The notes beneath the pieces were generated by a model that was not told where the DNA came from, did no database searches, and worked only from the letters and a program-made list of their open reading frames with translations. The translations under genes were made by a program, and so were the position numbers. Below are positions 46,847 to 57,340 of a DNA stretch of 64,000 bases, piece after piece. How positions within the stretch are numbered: position 1 is the first letter of the stretch; every line of letters starts with the position of its first letter. Location: positions 62,001-126,000 of the forward strand of contig QPMI01000101.1 of assembly GCA_004431415.1 (NCBI GenBank), read 5' to 3'. Source of the stretch: Cyanophora paradoxa CCMP329. Its lineage: Eukaryota; Plantae; Glaucophyta.

Positions 46847-49800
46847 GAGCCTTCTCATTGCTCGGCGATCGCTTTGTGTTCGGCGCCATACCCAGCGAGT
46901 CCGACCTCTAACAAAGAGCTGCTGGGCCGGCGATCGCTTCTGGGTTCTCAGTTCTAACGGTCGCCGCGGGCTTGACGTCCACCGCCTTCTCATTGGCCAA
47001 GCGATCGCTGCTTTTCGGTGTCTTATGCCCGACTCCGCAGCATGTCGACCCCAGGAGCACTCTCTTTGGGGAGGAAGAGATGGAGTGGACCTCCAGCTCA
47101 TCTCCCAATCCCCTTCTGGCGGGCCGCACGGCGGGTGGTGGCCTCGGGGCGGCCTCGGGGCAGCACGGCAAGCGGCGGCGCTCGCTCCAGCCTTGAGCTT
47201 GTCCCCACGCTGACCGGCGCGGCGGGGGCCGGTGCGACGCGGGGGAGAGGGGTACTGCCCGCCCCTCCCCCGGCCCCGCCCCTCCCCCGACCCCGCCCAT
47301 CCCCGGCCCCGCCCCTCCATCTCCCCCGACCCCGCCCCTCCCCCGGCCCGCCCATCCCCGGGCCCCGCCCCTCCATCTCCCCCGACCCCGCCCCTCCCCC
47401 GGCCCTGCCCTCCCCCGGCCCTGCCCCTCCCCCGGCCCTGCCCCTCCCCCGGCCCCGGACCCAGTGTACACCGCCGCCACGATGTTGGTGCACGAGCCCG
47501 GAGGCCTAACTGCTGCATCTCTCATATGTTGTGCAGCTTTGGACCCCATGCTGCACTACGTAGAGGGCGTTCTCATCAACTTGCCCCACCTCAAGCCTTG
47601 CAAGCGCTGCGGGACTTGTTCGTGGAAACGAATGGAGAACAGCGAGGCGACATATTTCAAAGTTGTGTTGATTGGCTCGATCTGGTGCACGGATTTGTCA
47701 GAGTACCTATGATGTCAGCTCATGCTCGTGTAGATAACAGCACAGGCGGCTCAAGCTCAGGCTAGGTCTTGCCGAGTGCGGTTTCGCGGCGAACCGGCCC
47801 GGGACCGGACCCTGGACGAGCTCAATGCTCTGAAGCAATTCTTGAGCTCGGTGCAGTTCTTACTGCAACTTATCTTGCGATTCTGTTCTGAATATGATCT
47901 TAGGTGGCGCTCGAGTCGACACGCCAGCAAGAGGCTGCACGCAATGTAAACGACGGCAACGGTGACGAGACAAAGAGTTCTTCGCATTACGAGGAACTCA
48001 TTGACATTGATGTGAGCTTCTATTGTTCTTCTATCGTGTGAATGTACTGAATGCCGATGCAGTGCGCATTTCTTGGCCTTGGTTCTGTAGGCGAGCACGG
48101 GCAATTCGAAGTGGACAAGGAAATGCGAGACAAGCATCACGATTGGCTAAAGGAGCGAGCCAAGTGGTTCTACAAGAACAAGATCTACGCCCGTGAGAGG
48201 AGATTGCGTGAAATAGACCTGGCAAGTTTGACATGCTTGCTGCTTGCTGCATCTGCTGATTGTGTCTTTGTGTGCAGGTAATCTTGGCTCTGGAGTTCCA
48301 GGAACCCGCAGCGCCTCGTGCAGATAGCCGCTCGTATGCTGTACAATCGAAGCTGTACCTCTCCCAATGGATCGAGCTGTACTTCTTTGGTCAGTCAGGC
48401 GGCGAGTCGCTTGATTTCTACTGTGAGTTGCATTTGAATGACTGCTAAGTGGCGCTTCGTTGTGGTCTAACTGCATTGCAGCTCCTGTCGATGGCGATAT
48501 CCGGTCAGCTGCAGCGGTGCTCACACAACTTCTTGCCTGGCGACCTGCAGAGGCAGATATGGAGCGCGAGCCAGCTCGAGCTCAGTCTCTTGCTGATGCA
48601 TTCCTGGAGGTGACATTCTTCATCTAAATCTTGTACTTCGTCGAGCTCAACTTCACGCTCAGGTTAAGAATGGTCAGGCCCAAGTCAATCTGCCACGCAT
48701 GCAGGCAACTCTCGGGCTCAGCCAGCAAGCTTTAAATCTAGGCACAACAGAAGAAGCAAAGGAGCAGCTCCGAAGTCTGATCCGCTTACTTCAGTCAGCG
48801 CAACAGCAGACAAGCGAAGGCGAGTCACTCCAACTTTGGTGCGCGGGGGCCGCGGGGGGGGGGGTACGCCATCGTTTCTGATCTGATCTTCCTGTCACAG
48901 GTTGCATGCATGTATCGAGCTTACGGCAGCGGCTGTGGAGGACATGTTGGCGCAAGAGATGCCAAGAGAGAAGGGGCGTAAGAGAAAGGCGCGGGCGGGT
49001 CTCTCGGAGTTCGAAGAAGTCAAGAGGCTGGTGGAGAAGTGCCAGTCGGGAACAGGAAACAAGAACGTCAACAGCGGCGCCGGCAGACCAATCGACGAAA
49101 AGGCTTTGCAGCGCATCCGCACGAGTGGGATGGAGGTCCTGCGCCTGCTTGCCGGGCCAGCGAGCAGCATCTCCATTGGCATCTTCTTCTCAAGCCTTGT
49201 CCGCATCGCTCGATTCCGACGGTGGGCAACAACCATCAACCAGCTCATCTTCAAGGGCCTCGTCGATCTCGCACTGGCAATCGACGAGGATGAACACGGA
49301 GATGCAAGGAGGGCCCGAGCTCAGTGGGAGGCAAGGCGGGATGCCGGGAGGACCCCGGAGCAGCCCCCACCCAGCACCGAGGCCGCTGAAGGTACAGAAT
49401 CTTCGATACCCCCTAGCGAGTAACCCACAACCGAACCGTGCCTGCCTTTCGGTCTCTTGGCAGGCGTGCCACGAGGCGCTCGCGAATCCGGCGGCTGTCT
49501 ATCGCGAGGACCCGGAGAACGAGGCCTTCACAAGGATACGCTCCAAGCCCGAGATAGTGGTGCGCCCGGGGGGTAAGGGAGCGTGGGGGGGGTACGTACA
49601 TGAACTGAACTTCGACGCAGGAGAAGTACGGGACAGGCCGTGTATCAGACAACAGCATGCCAGCGCTGAAGCAAGTCACAGCGGCGCTGGAGCAGATCGG
49701 TGCAAAGTCGGACGTCCCCAATCACCGCCTCTTGAACCGCGGGGACCGATCCCACAGCTCCGGAGAGGAGTATCCGGAGGTGGACGAACTGGGGGCGACC

Positions 49801-51673
49801 GCGTTCAAGGTGAGGGTCGACAAAGTACAGGAGGTGAGCACGTTCCTGGCGCCATCGTCGTCGCGGCGGCTCACGCAATTCGCAGCCAAATGCGCAGGGG
49901 ATTATGGAGGAGGTGGAGCAAGAGGTCGAGCTGTACGTCCGCCCACCGTACACGCGACGGAACAAGGCCGTGTGGATGGAACAGCCGAGCGCCCCATTCC
50001 AATACCCCTCCTCTCCTTGCTCTACAGACGGTATGTGTACCCCCGCCCGTCATGTCCTCTGTCAGCGGTCTTTTCTGATTTCTCGTCGCAGAGTCGCGAA
50101 CACCGAGAACCGCTTCCTCAACCAGATGAGCACCACCCTGAAGGCGAAGCTGCACATGTTTCCCGCAATGACGCGGGAGGAGAACGGCTATCGTTCAGTG
50201 CGCGACAGCGTTGCGGAAATCGCAACTGCGGTGCGCGGGCGAGAGCCTCGAGCCCTGCAGTGCGCGCATAAGTGGAGGTTCTTGCCCGACTCCCACCCAA
50301 CGACGGAGACCTGGCGTGCACGGCCCGGCAAGGCCTAGGTGCATGCACCGTCGCATGCGAAGTCCGACGGCTCGACGACGTGAACGTTACGCCGGAGGCG
50401 ATCATGCACATCCTGAAGAGCTTCAAGAACCTGGAGTGGACCACTGGCCGTGCGTCCTTTCCTTTCTTTTCTTTCATTCTGTCTTTCTTTCCCCTTCTCT
50501 TTCTTACTTTCTCTTCCTTTCCTTTCCTTTTTCTATCTGTAACGGTGTCGTTGCGCAGCGTGCCGATCATGACACTGGTTGCAGGGTGGTGCATGCGATC
50601 GTCGAGCTCTCTGATCCAGCATACCAGATGAACGCGCGCACGACCGCTGGGTCTACTTTCAAAGCGAAGTGCCGGGTCGACCGCGTCCTGGAGGTCCTGT
50701 TTTCCCCGCGCTGGGCCGGGTGGTGTGCAGTGGCCACCACCTGCGCGATCCAACAGCATGCGCACCATTTGTGGCCGCCTCCACAGAGTGGTTCCGCGCG
50801 CCCCGCGCGGGGCATCCTGACATCTTCACGAACGAAGAGCAGGCAAAAGGGCTCCTGCAGCGGTGCAAGGCTTTCGTAGGACTGCAGATTGCCTGATTCC
50901 GCTTGCAGATAGTGTAGGGTTCTACGACAGCGTTGGTTTTGTAAGAGATCAATTTCAGGAGGGTGATCCCTGTACCCTTCGATCGCAAGTTAGCCACCGG
51001 TGGCTAACTTCGGGGGGAGTGAAGGGGGGGGAGAAGCGCAGGGGGACGAATAGCAAAAAAAACCAACTTCCGCGCGCCCGGCCGGCGCCATGCATGCAGC
51101 TGCAGCGCGCGAACGTCAACACCGCCCGATGCGCATGTGCACTGCCGTGCGCGCGCCGTGCTCAGCCCCGCGGCGCCACGCCGCCCGGCAGGCGACGTCG
51201 CCGCGCCCGCGCACGCGAGGAGTACACATCGCTGGCTTCATCGGCTCACCCGCGGCGCCGGCGGCGCGCTAGCTACGCGCTTTCGCTTGTCCGAGGTGCA
51301 CATCATCGAATTCTGCAGCCTTCGCCCCATCCTCGGCCGCTGTAAGGCGGCGCGCAGGGATTCGAGCTCTCAACCGGGTCTCATGGCGTCGGCCGGCGGG
51401 CCCAGCGCAAGCAGCTCTGAGTCAGTAGGTACGTGCCGGAACCGCCCCTCGGTCCTGCTTGGGCGCGCTTTCTTCCGATCCTTCTAAAAACCGTGATTTC
51501 GGGGCGACATTTTGGCACTATGTTCACTATGCCCGCCGGCCATGGCTCGGATCGGGCCGGGCCTTTTTTAAGCGATCGCCGGCGCCGCGTCCGTCGTCCG
51601 ACGGTTCGCGCTAGCGATTGCCCCGGAGTACTCGGTACCAGGCCTGGCGGTCGCCGAAGCGATGAGAAGGCTC
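46847..51673. mobile_element. ~4.8-kb TIR-bounded unit, copy 1
   Basis: 5' GAGCCTTCTCATTGCTCGGCGATCGC versus reverse complement of 3' end GAGCCTTCTCATCGCTTCGGCGACCGC. Confidence 0.7.
47025..50896 (+). CDS. Uncharacterised multi-exon gene or pseudogene in TIR unit copy 1
   Basis: Series of spliced coding-like segments (GEHGQFEVDKEMRDKHHDWLKERAKWFYK; VEDMLAQEMPREKGRKRK; ...KAFVGLQIA*). No DDE or other known motif recognised; start uncertain. Confidence 0.5.
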
Positions 51674-51827
51674 TCTGACCGGCGATCGCTTGCACAGGAG
51701 CTGCTTCAAGTTCGTCGCACCAGCCAACGCCAACGCCTGCAGTGCGTGCCCGCCTCCCGTAGCGCTGCGAGCTTGCTCGCATAGAGATTCCCTATTCAAT
51801 TGGATCGCTAGATCTGCCCCGCGCATA

Positions 51828-54800
51828 GAGCCTTCTCATTGCTCGGCGATCGCTTTGTGTTCGGCGCCATACCCAGCGAGTCCGACCTCTAACAAAGAGC
51901 TGCTGGGCCGGCGATCGCTTCTGGGTTCTCAGTTCTAACGGTCGCCGCGGGCTTGACGTCCACCGCCTTCTCATTGGCCAAGCGATCGCTGCTTTTCGGT
52001 GTCTTATGCCCGACTCCGCAGCATGTCGACCCCAGGAGCACTCTCTTTGGGAGGAAGAGATGGAGTGGACCTCCAGCTCATCTCCCAATCCCCTTCTGGC
52101 GGGCCGCACGGCGGGTGGTGGCCTCGGGGGCGGCCTCGGGGCAGCACGGCAAGCGGCGGCGCTCGCTCCAGCCTTGAGCTTGTCCCCACGCTGACCGGCG
52201 CGGCGGGGGCCGGTGCGACGCGGGGAGAGGGTACTGCCCGCCCCTCCCCCCGGCCCCGCCCTCCCCCGACCCCGCCCATCCCCGGGCCCCGCCCCTCCAT
52301 CTCCCCCCGACCCCGCCCCTCCCCCGGCCCCGCCCATCCCCCGGGCCCCGCCCCTCCATCTCCCCCGACCCCGCCCCTCCCCCCGGCCCTGCCCCTCCCC
52401 CCGGCCCTGCCCCTCCCCCCGGCCCTGCCCCTCCCCCCGGCCCCGGACCCAGTGTACACCGCCGCCACGATGTTGGTGCACGAGCCCGGAGGCCTAACTG
52501 CTGCATCTCTCATATGTTGTGCAGCTTTGGACCCCATATGCATGCTGCACTACGTAGAGGGCGTTCTCATCAACTTGCCCCCACCTCAAGCCTTGCAAGC
52601 GCTGCGGGACTTGTTCGTGGAAACGAATGGAGAACAGCGAGGCGACATATTTCAAAGTTGTGTTGATTGGCTCGATCTGGTGCACGGATTTGTCAGAGTA
52701 CCTATGATGTCAGCTCATGCTCGTGTAGATAACAGCACAGGCGGCTCAAGCTCAGGCTAGGTCTTGCCGAGTGCGGTTTCGCGGCGAACCGGCCCGGGAC
52801 CGGACCCTGGACGAGCTCAATGCTCTGAAGCAATTCTTGAGCTCGGTGCAGTTCTTACTGCAACTTATCTTGCGATTCTGTTCTGAATATGATCTTAGGT
52901 GGCGCTCGAGTCGACACGCCAGCAAGAGGCTGCACGCAATGTAAACGACGGCAACGGTGACGAGACAAAGAGTTCTTCGCATTACGAGGAACTCATTGAC
53001 ATTGATGTGAGCTTCTATTGTTCTTCTATCGTGTGAATGTACTGAATGCCGATGCAGTGCGCATTTCTTGGCCTTGGTTCTGTAGGCGAGCACGGGCAAT
53101 TCGAAGTGGACAAGGAAATGCGAGACAAGCATCACGATTGGCTAAAGGAGCGAGCCAAGTGGTTCTACAAGAACAAGATCTACGCCCGTGAGAGGAGATT
53201 GCGTGAAATAGACCTGGCAAGTTTGACATGCTTGCTGCTTGCTGCATCTGCTCATTGTGTCTTTGTGTGCAGGTAATCTTGGCTCTGGAGTTCCAGGAAC
53301 CCGCAGCGCCTCGTGCAGATAGCCGCTCGTATGCTGTACAATCGAAGCTGTACCTCTCCCAATGGATCGAGCTGTACTTCTTTGGTCAGTCAGGCGGCGA
53401 GTCGCTTGATTTCTACTGTGAGTTGCATTTGAATGACTGCTAAGTGGCGCTTCGTTGTGGTCTAACTGCATTGCAGCTCCTGTCGATGGCGATATCCGGT
53501 CAGCTGCAGCGGTGCTCACACAACTTCTTGCCTGGCGACCTGCAGAGGCAGATATGGAGCGCGAGCCAGCTCGAGCTCAGTCTCTTGCTGATGCATTCCT
53601 GGAGGTGACATTCTTCATCTAAATCTTGTACTTCGTCGAGCTCAACTTCACGCTCAGGTTAAGAATGGTCAGGCCCAAGTCAATCTGCCACGCATGCAGG
53701 CAACTCTCGGGCTCAGCCAGCAAGCTTTAAATCTAGGCACAACAGAAGAAGCAAAGGAGCAGCTCCGAAGTCTGATCCGCTTACTTCAGTCAGCGCAACA
53801 GCAGACAAGCGAAGGCGAGTCACTCCAACTTTGGTGCGCGGGGGGCCGCGGGGGGGGGGGGGTACGCCATCGTTTCTGATCTGATCTTCCTGTCACAGGT
53901 TGCATGCATGTATCGAGCTTACGGCAGCGGCTGTGGAGGACATGTTGGCGCAAGAGATGCCAAGAGAGAAGGGGCGTAAGAGAAAGGCGCGGGCGGGTCT
54001 CTCGGAGTTCGAAGAAGTCAAGAGGCTGGTGGAGAAGTGCCAGTCGGGAACAGGAAACAAGAACGTCAACAGCGGCGCCGGCAGACCAATCGACGAAAAG
54101 GCTTTGCAGCGCATCCGCACGAGTGGGATGGAGGTCCTGCGCCTGCTTGCCGGGCCAGCGAGCAGCATCTCCATTGGCATCTTCTTCTCAAGCCTTGTCC
54201 GCATCGCTCGATTCCGACGGTGGGCAACAACCATCAACCAGCTCATCTTCAAGGGCCTCGTCGATCTCGCACTGGCAATCGACGAGGATGAACACGGAGA
54301 TGCAAGGAGGGCCCGAGCTCAGTGGGAGGCAAGGCGGGATGCCGGGGAGGACCCCGGAGCAGCCCCCCACCCAGCACCGAGGCCGCTGAAGGTACAGAAT
54401 CTTCGATACCCCCTAGCGAGTAACCCACAACCGAACCGTGCCTGCCTTTCGGTCTCTTGGCAGGCGTGCCACGAGGCGCTCGCGAATCCGGCGGCTGTCT
54501 ATCGCGAGGACCCGGAGAACGAGGCCTTCACAAGGATACGCTCCAAGCCCGAGATAGTGGTGCGCCCGGGGGGTAAGGGAGCGTGGGGGGGGTACGTACA
54601 TGAACTGAACTTCGACGCAGGAGAAGTACGGGACAGGCCGTGTATCAGACAACAGCATGCCAGCGCTGAAGCAAGTCACAGCGGCGCTGGAGCAGATCGG
54701 TGCAAAGTCGGACGTCCCCAATCACCGCCTCTTGAACCGCGGGGACCGATCCCACAGCTCCGGAGAGGAGTATCCGGAGGTGGACGAACTGGGGGCGACC

Positions 54801-56681
54801 GCGTTCAAGGTGAGGGTCGACAAAGTACAGGAGGTGAGCACGTTCCTGGCGCCATCGTCGTCGCGGCGGCTCACGCAATTCGCAGCCAAATGCGCAGGGG
54901 ATTATGGAGGAGGTGGAGCAAGAGGTCGAGCTGTACGTCCGCCCACCGTACACGCGACGGAACAAGGCCGTGTGGATGGGAACAGCCGAGCGCCCCATTC
55001 CAATACCCCTCCTCTCCTTGCTCTACAGACGGTATGTGTACCCCCGCCCGTCATGTCCTCTGTCAGCGGTCTTTTCTGATTTCTCGTCGCAGAGTCGCGA
55101 ACACCGAGAACCGCTTCCTCAACCAGATGAGCACCACCCTGAAGGCGAAGCTGCACATGTTTCCCGCAATGACGCGGGAGGAGAACGGCTATCGTTCAGT
55201 GCGCGACAGCGTTGCGGAAATCGCAACTGCGGTGCGCGGGGCGAGAGCCTCGAGCCCTGCAGTGCGCGCATAAGTGGAGGTTCTTGCCCGACTCCCACCC
55301 AACGACGGAGACCTGGCGTGCACGGCCCGGCAAGGCCTAGGTGCATGCACCGTCACATGCGAAGTCCGACGGCTCGACGACGTGAACGTTACGCCGGAGG
55401 CGATCATGCACATCCTGAAGAGCTTCAAGAACCTGGAGTGGGACCACTGGCCGTGCGTCCTTTCCTTTCTTTTCTTTCATTCTGTCTTTCTTTCCCCCTT
55501 CTCTTTCTTACTTTCTCTTCCTTTCCTTTCCTTTTTCTATCTGTAACGGTGTCGTTGCGCAGCGTGCCGATCATGACACTGGTTGCAGGGGTGGTGCATG
55601 CGATCGTCGAGCTCTCTGATCCAGCATACCAGATGAACGCGCGCACGACCGCTGGGTCTACTTTCAAAGCGAAGTGCCGGGTCGACCGCGTCCTGGAGGT
55701 CCTGTTTTCCCCGCGCTGGGGCCGGGTGGTGTGCAGTGGCCACCACCTGCGCGATCCAACAGCATGCGCACCATTTGTGGCCGCCTCCACAGAGTGGTTC
55801 CGCGCGCCCCGCGCGGGGCATCCTGACATCTTCGCGAACGAAGAGCAGGCAAAAGGGCTCCTGCAGCGGTGCAAGGCTTTCGTAGGACTGCAGATTGCCT
55901 GATTCCGCTTGCAGATAGTGTAGGGTTCTACGACAGCGTTGGTTTTGTAAGAGATCAATTTCAGGAGGGTGATCCCTGTACCCTTCGATCGCAAGTTAGC
56001 CACCGGTGGCTAACTTCGGGGGAATGAAGGGGGGGAGAAGCGCAGGGGGACGAATAGCAAAAAAAACCAACTTCCGCGCGCCCGGCCGGCGCCATGCATG
56101 CAGCTGCAGCGCGCGAACGTCAACACCGCCCGATGCGCATGTGCACTGCCGTGCGCGCGCCGTGCTCAGCCCCGCGGCGCCACGCCCGCCCGGCAGGCGA
56201 CGTCGCCGCGCCCGCGCACGCGAGGAGTACACATCGCTGGCTTCATCGGCTCACCCGCGGCGCCGGCGGCGCGCTAGCTACGCGCTTTCGCTTGTCCGAG
56301 GTGCACATCATCGAATTCTGCAGCCTTCGCCCCATCCTCGGCCGCTGTAAGGCGGCGCGCAGGGATTCGAGCTCTCAACCGGGTCTCATGGCGTCGGCCG
56401 GCGGGCCCAGCGCAAGCAGCTCTGAGTCAGTAGGTACGTGCCGGAACCGCCCCTCGGTCCTGCTTGGGCGCGCTTTCTTCCGATCCTTCTAAAAACCGTG
56501 ATTTCGGGGCGACATTTTGGCACTATGTTCACTATGCCCGCCGGCCATGGGCTCGGATCGGGCCGGGGCCTTTTTTAAGCGATCGCCGGCGCCGCGTCCG
56601 TCGTCCGACGGTTCGCGCTAGCGATTGCCCCGGAGTACTCGGTACCAGGGCCTGGCGGTCGCCGAAGCGATGAGAAGGCTC
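51828..56681. mobile_element. ~4.85-kb TIR-bounded unit, copy 2 (direct tandem)
   Basis: Near-identical to 46847-51673 with the same TIRs. Confidence 0.7.
52006..55902 (+). CDS. Second copy of the uncharacterised multi-exon gene or pseudogene
   Basis: Near-identical to 47025-50896. Confidence 0.5.
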
Positions 56682-56716
56682 CCAAGGCCACTCCTGCTCC
56701 GCAGGGACTCGCTTGT

Positions 56717-56917
56717 TCGCGTGAATTGGAATTTGAAGTCGTGGTCGATAAATGAGACCCACTAGTCTAATTACAAGGACCTGACTTCAACCATAATGCA
56801 TACGCGTATACGCAAACACGATTCGGGAAATTTCTACGCATCTGATAATTACTAAGTTACTCTGTCATACATGGGCAATACAAACTGATGACCAGTGACT
56901 ACGTGATGGCCAGTGAA
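56717..56917. repeat. Right part of the interrupted dispersed repeat
   Basis: Matches 40450-40656. Confidence 0.9.
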
Positions 56918-57340
56918 TTCAATTAACTAGCAATTAGCCTTCTGAACACCTGCACCTGAAGCTGGACGGACACGGTGTGCACCAAACGTGCCGGCGGCAT
57001 CGGATGCGTCCCGGACCAGGGCAACGCCGCGTAGAGACACGAGCGAACGAGCTTCCGACGGCCCGAAACTACGGCGAAGAACTCGGAAGCCTCGCGAACT
57101 CTCTGGGGGTCGCGGCCCAGCCTGGCGGGGAAACGAGCGCCGTTGAAACTTCAAGCGAGCTCGAAACCCTTAAGGCGGCCAAGCTGAAAATCCGCAAATC
57201 AAAGAATAAAAACTGGGCTGTGCGGGTCTAGTTTTAAAATGTGCTGAAGAAAGGCGCTAGCAAAGCGCGCGAAAAATCCCTTTACTACTTATAAAACTAA
57301 AACTAGGCTCCACGGGGCGGCCGGGGGAGCTCCATGGGAG

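Larger units (their letters stand above)
45866..56716 (+). mobile_element. Non-autonomous Helitron2/Helentron-like element carrying a nested ~10.1-kb insertion
   Basis: Sits at T^T of CATAT^TCGCG with no TSD; 5' GGCCTTGGGGA and 3' subterminal CCCAAGGCC inverted repeat; 3' hairpin CCTGC-TCC-GCAGG about 11 nt from the end. Confidence 0.7.

Noticed and set aside
46545-47012. Cyanobacterial HIP1 (GCGATCGC) as evidence of plastid or cyanobacterial DNA transfer
   Set aside because: Sites are confined to element ends and the enclosed gene is spliced, with no bacterial features.
46545-51827. 151-bp blocks as LTRs of a retrotransposon
   Set aside because: No TG...CA ends, primer-binding site, RT or integrase motifs, and no copy at the right end of the second unit.
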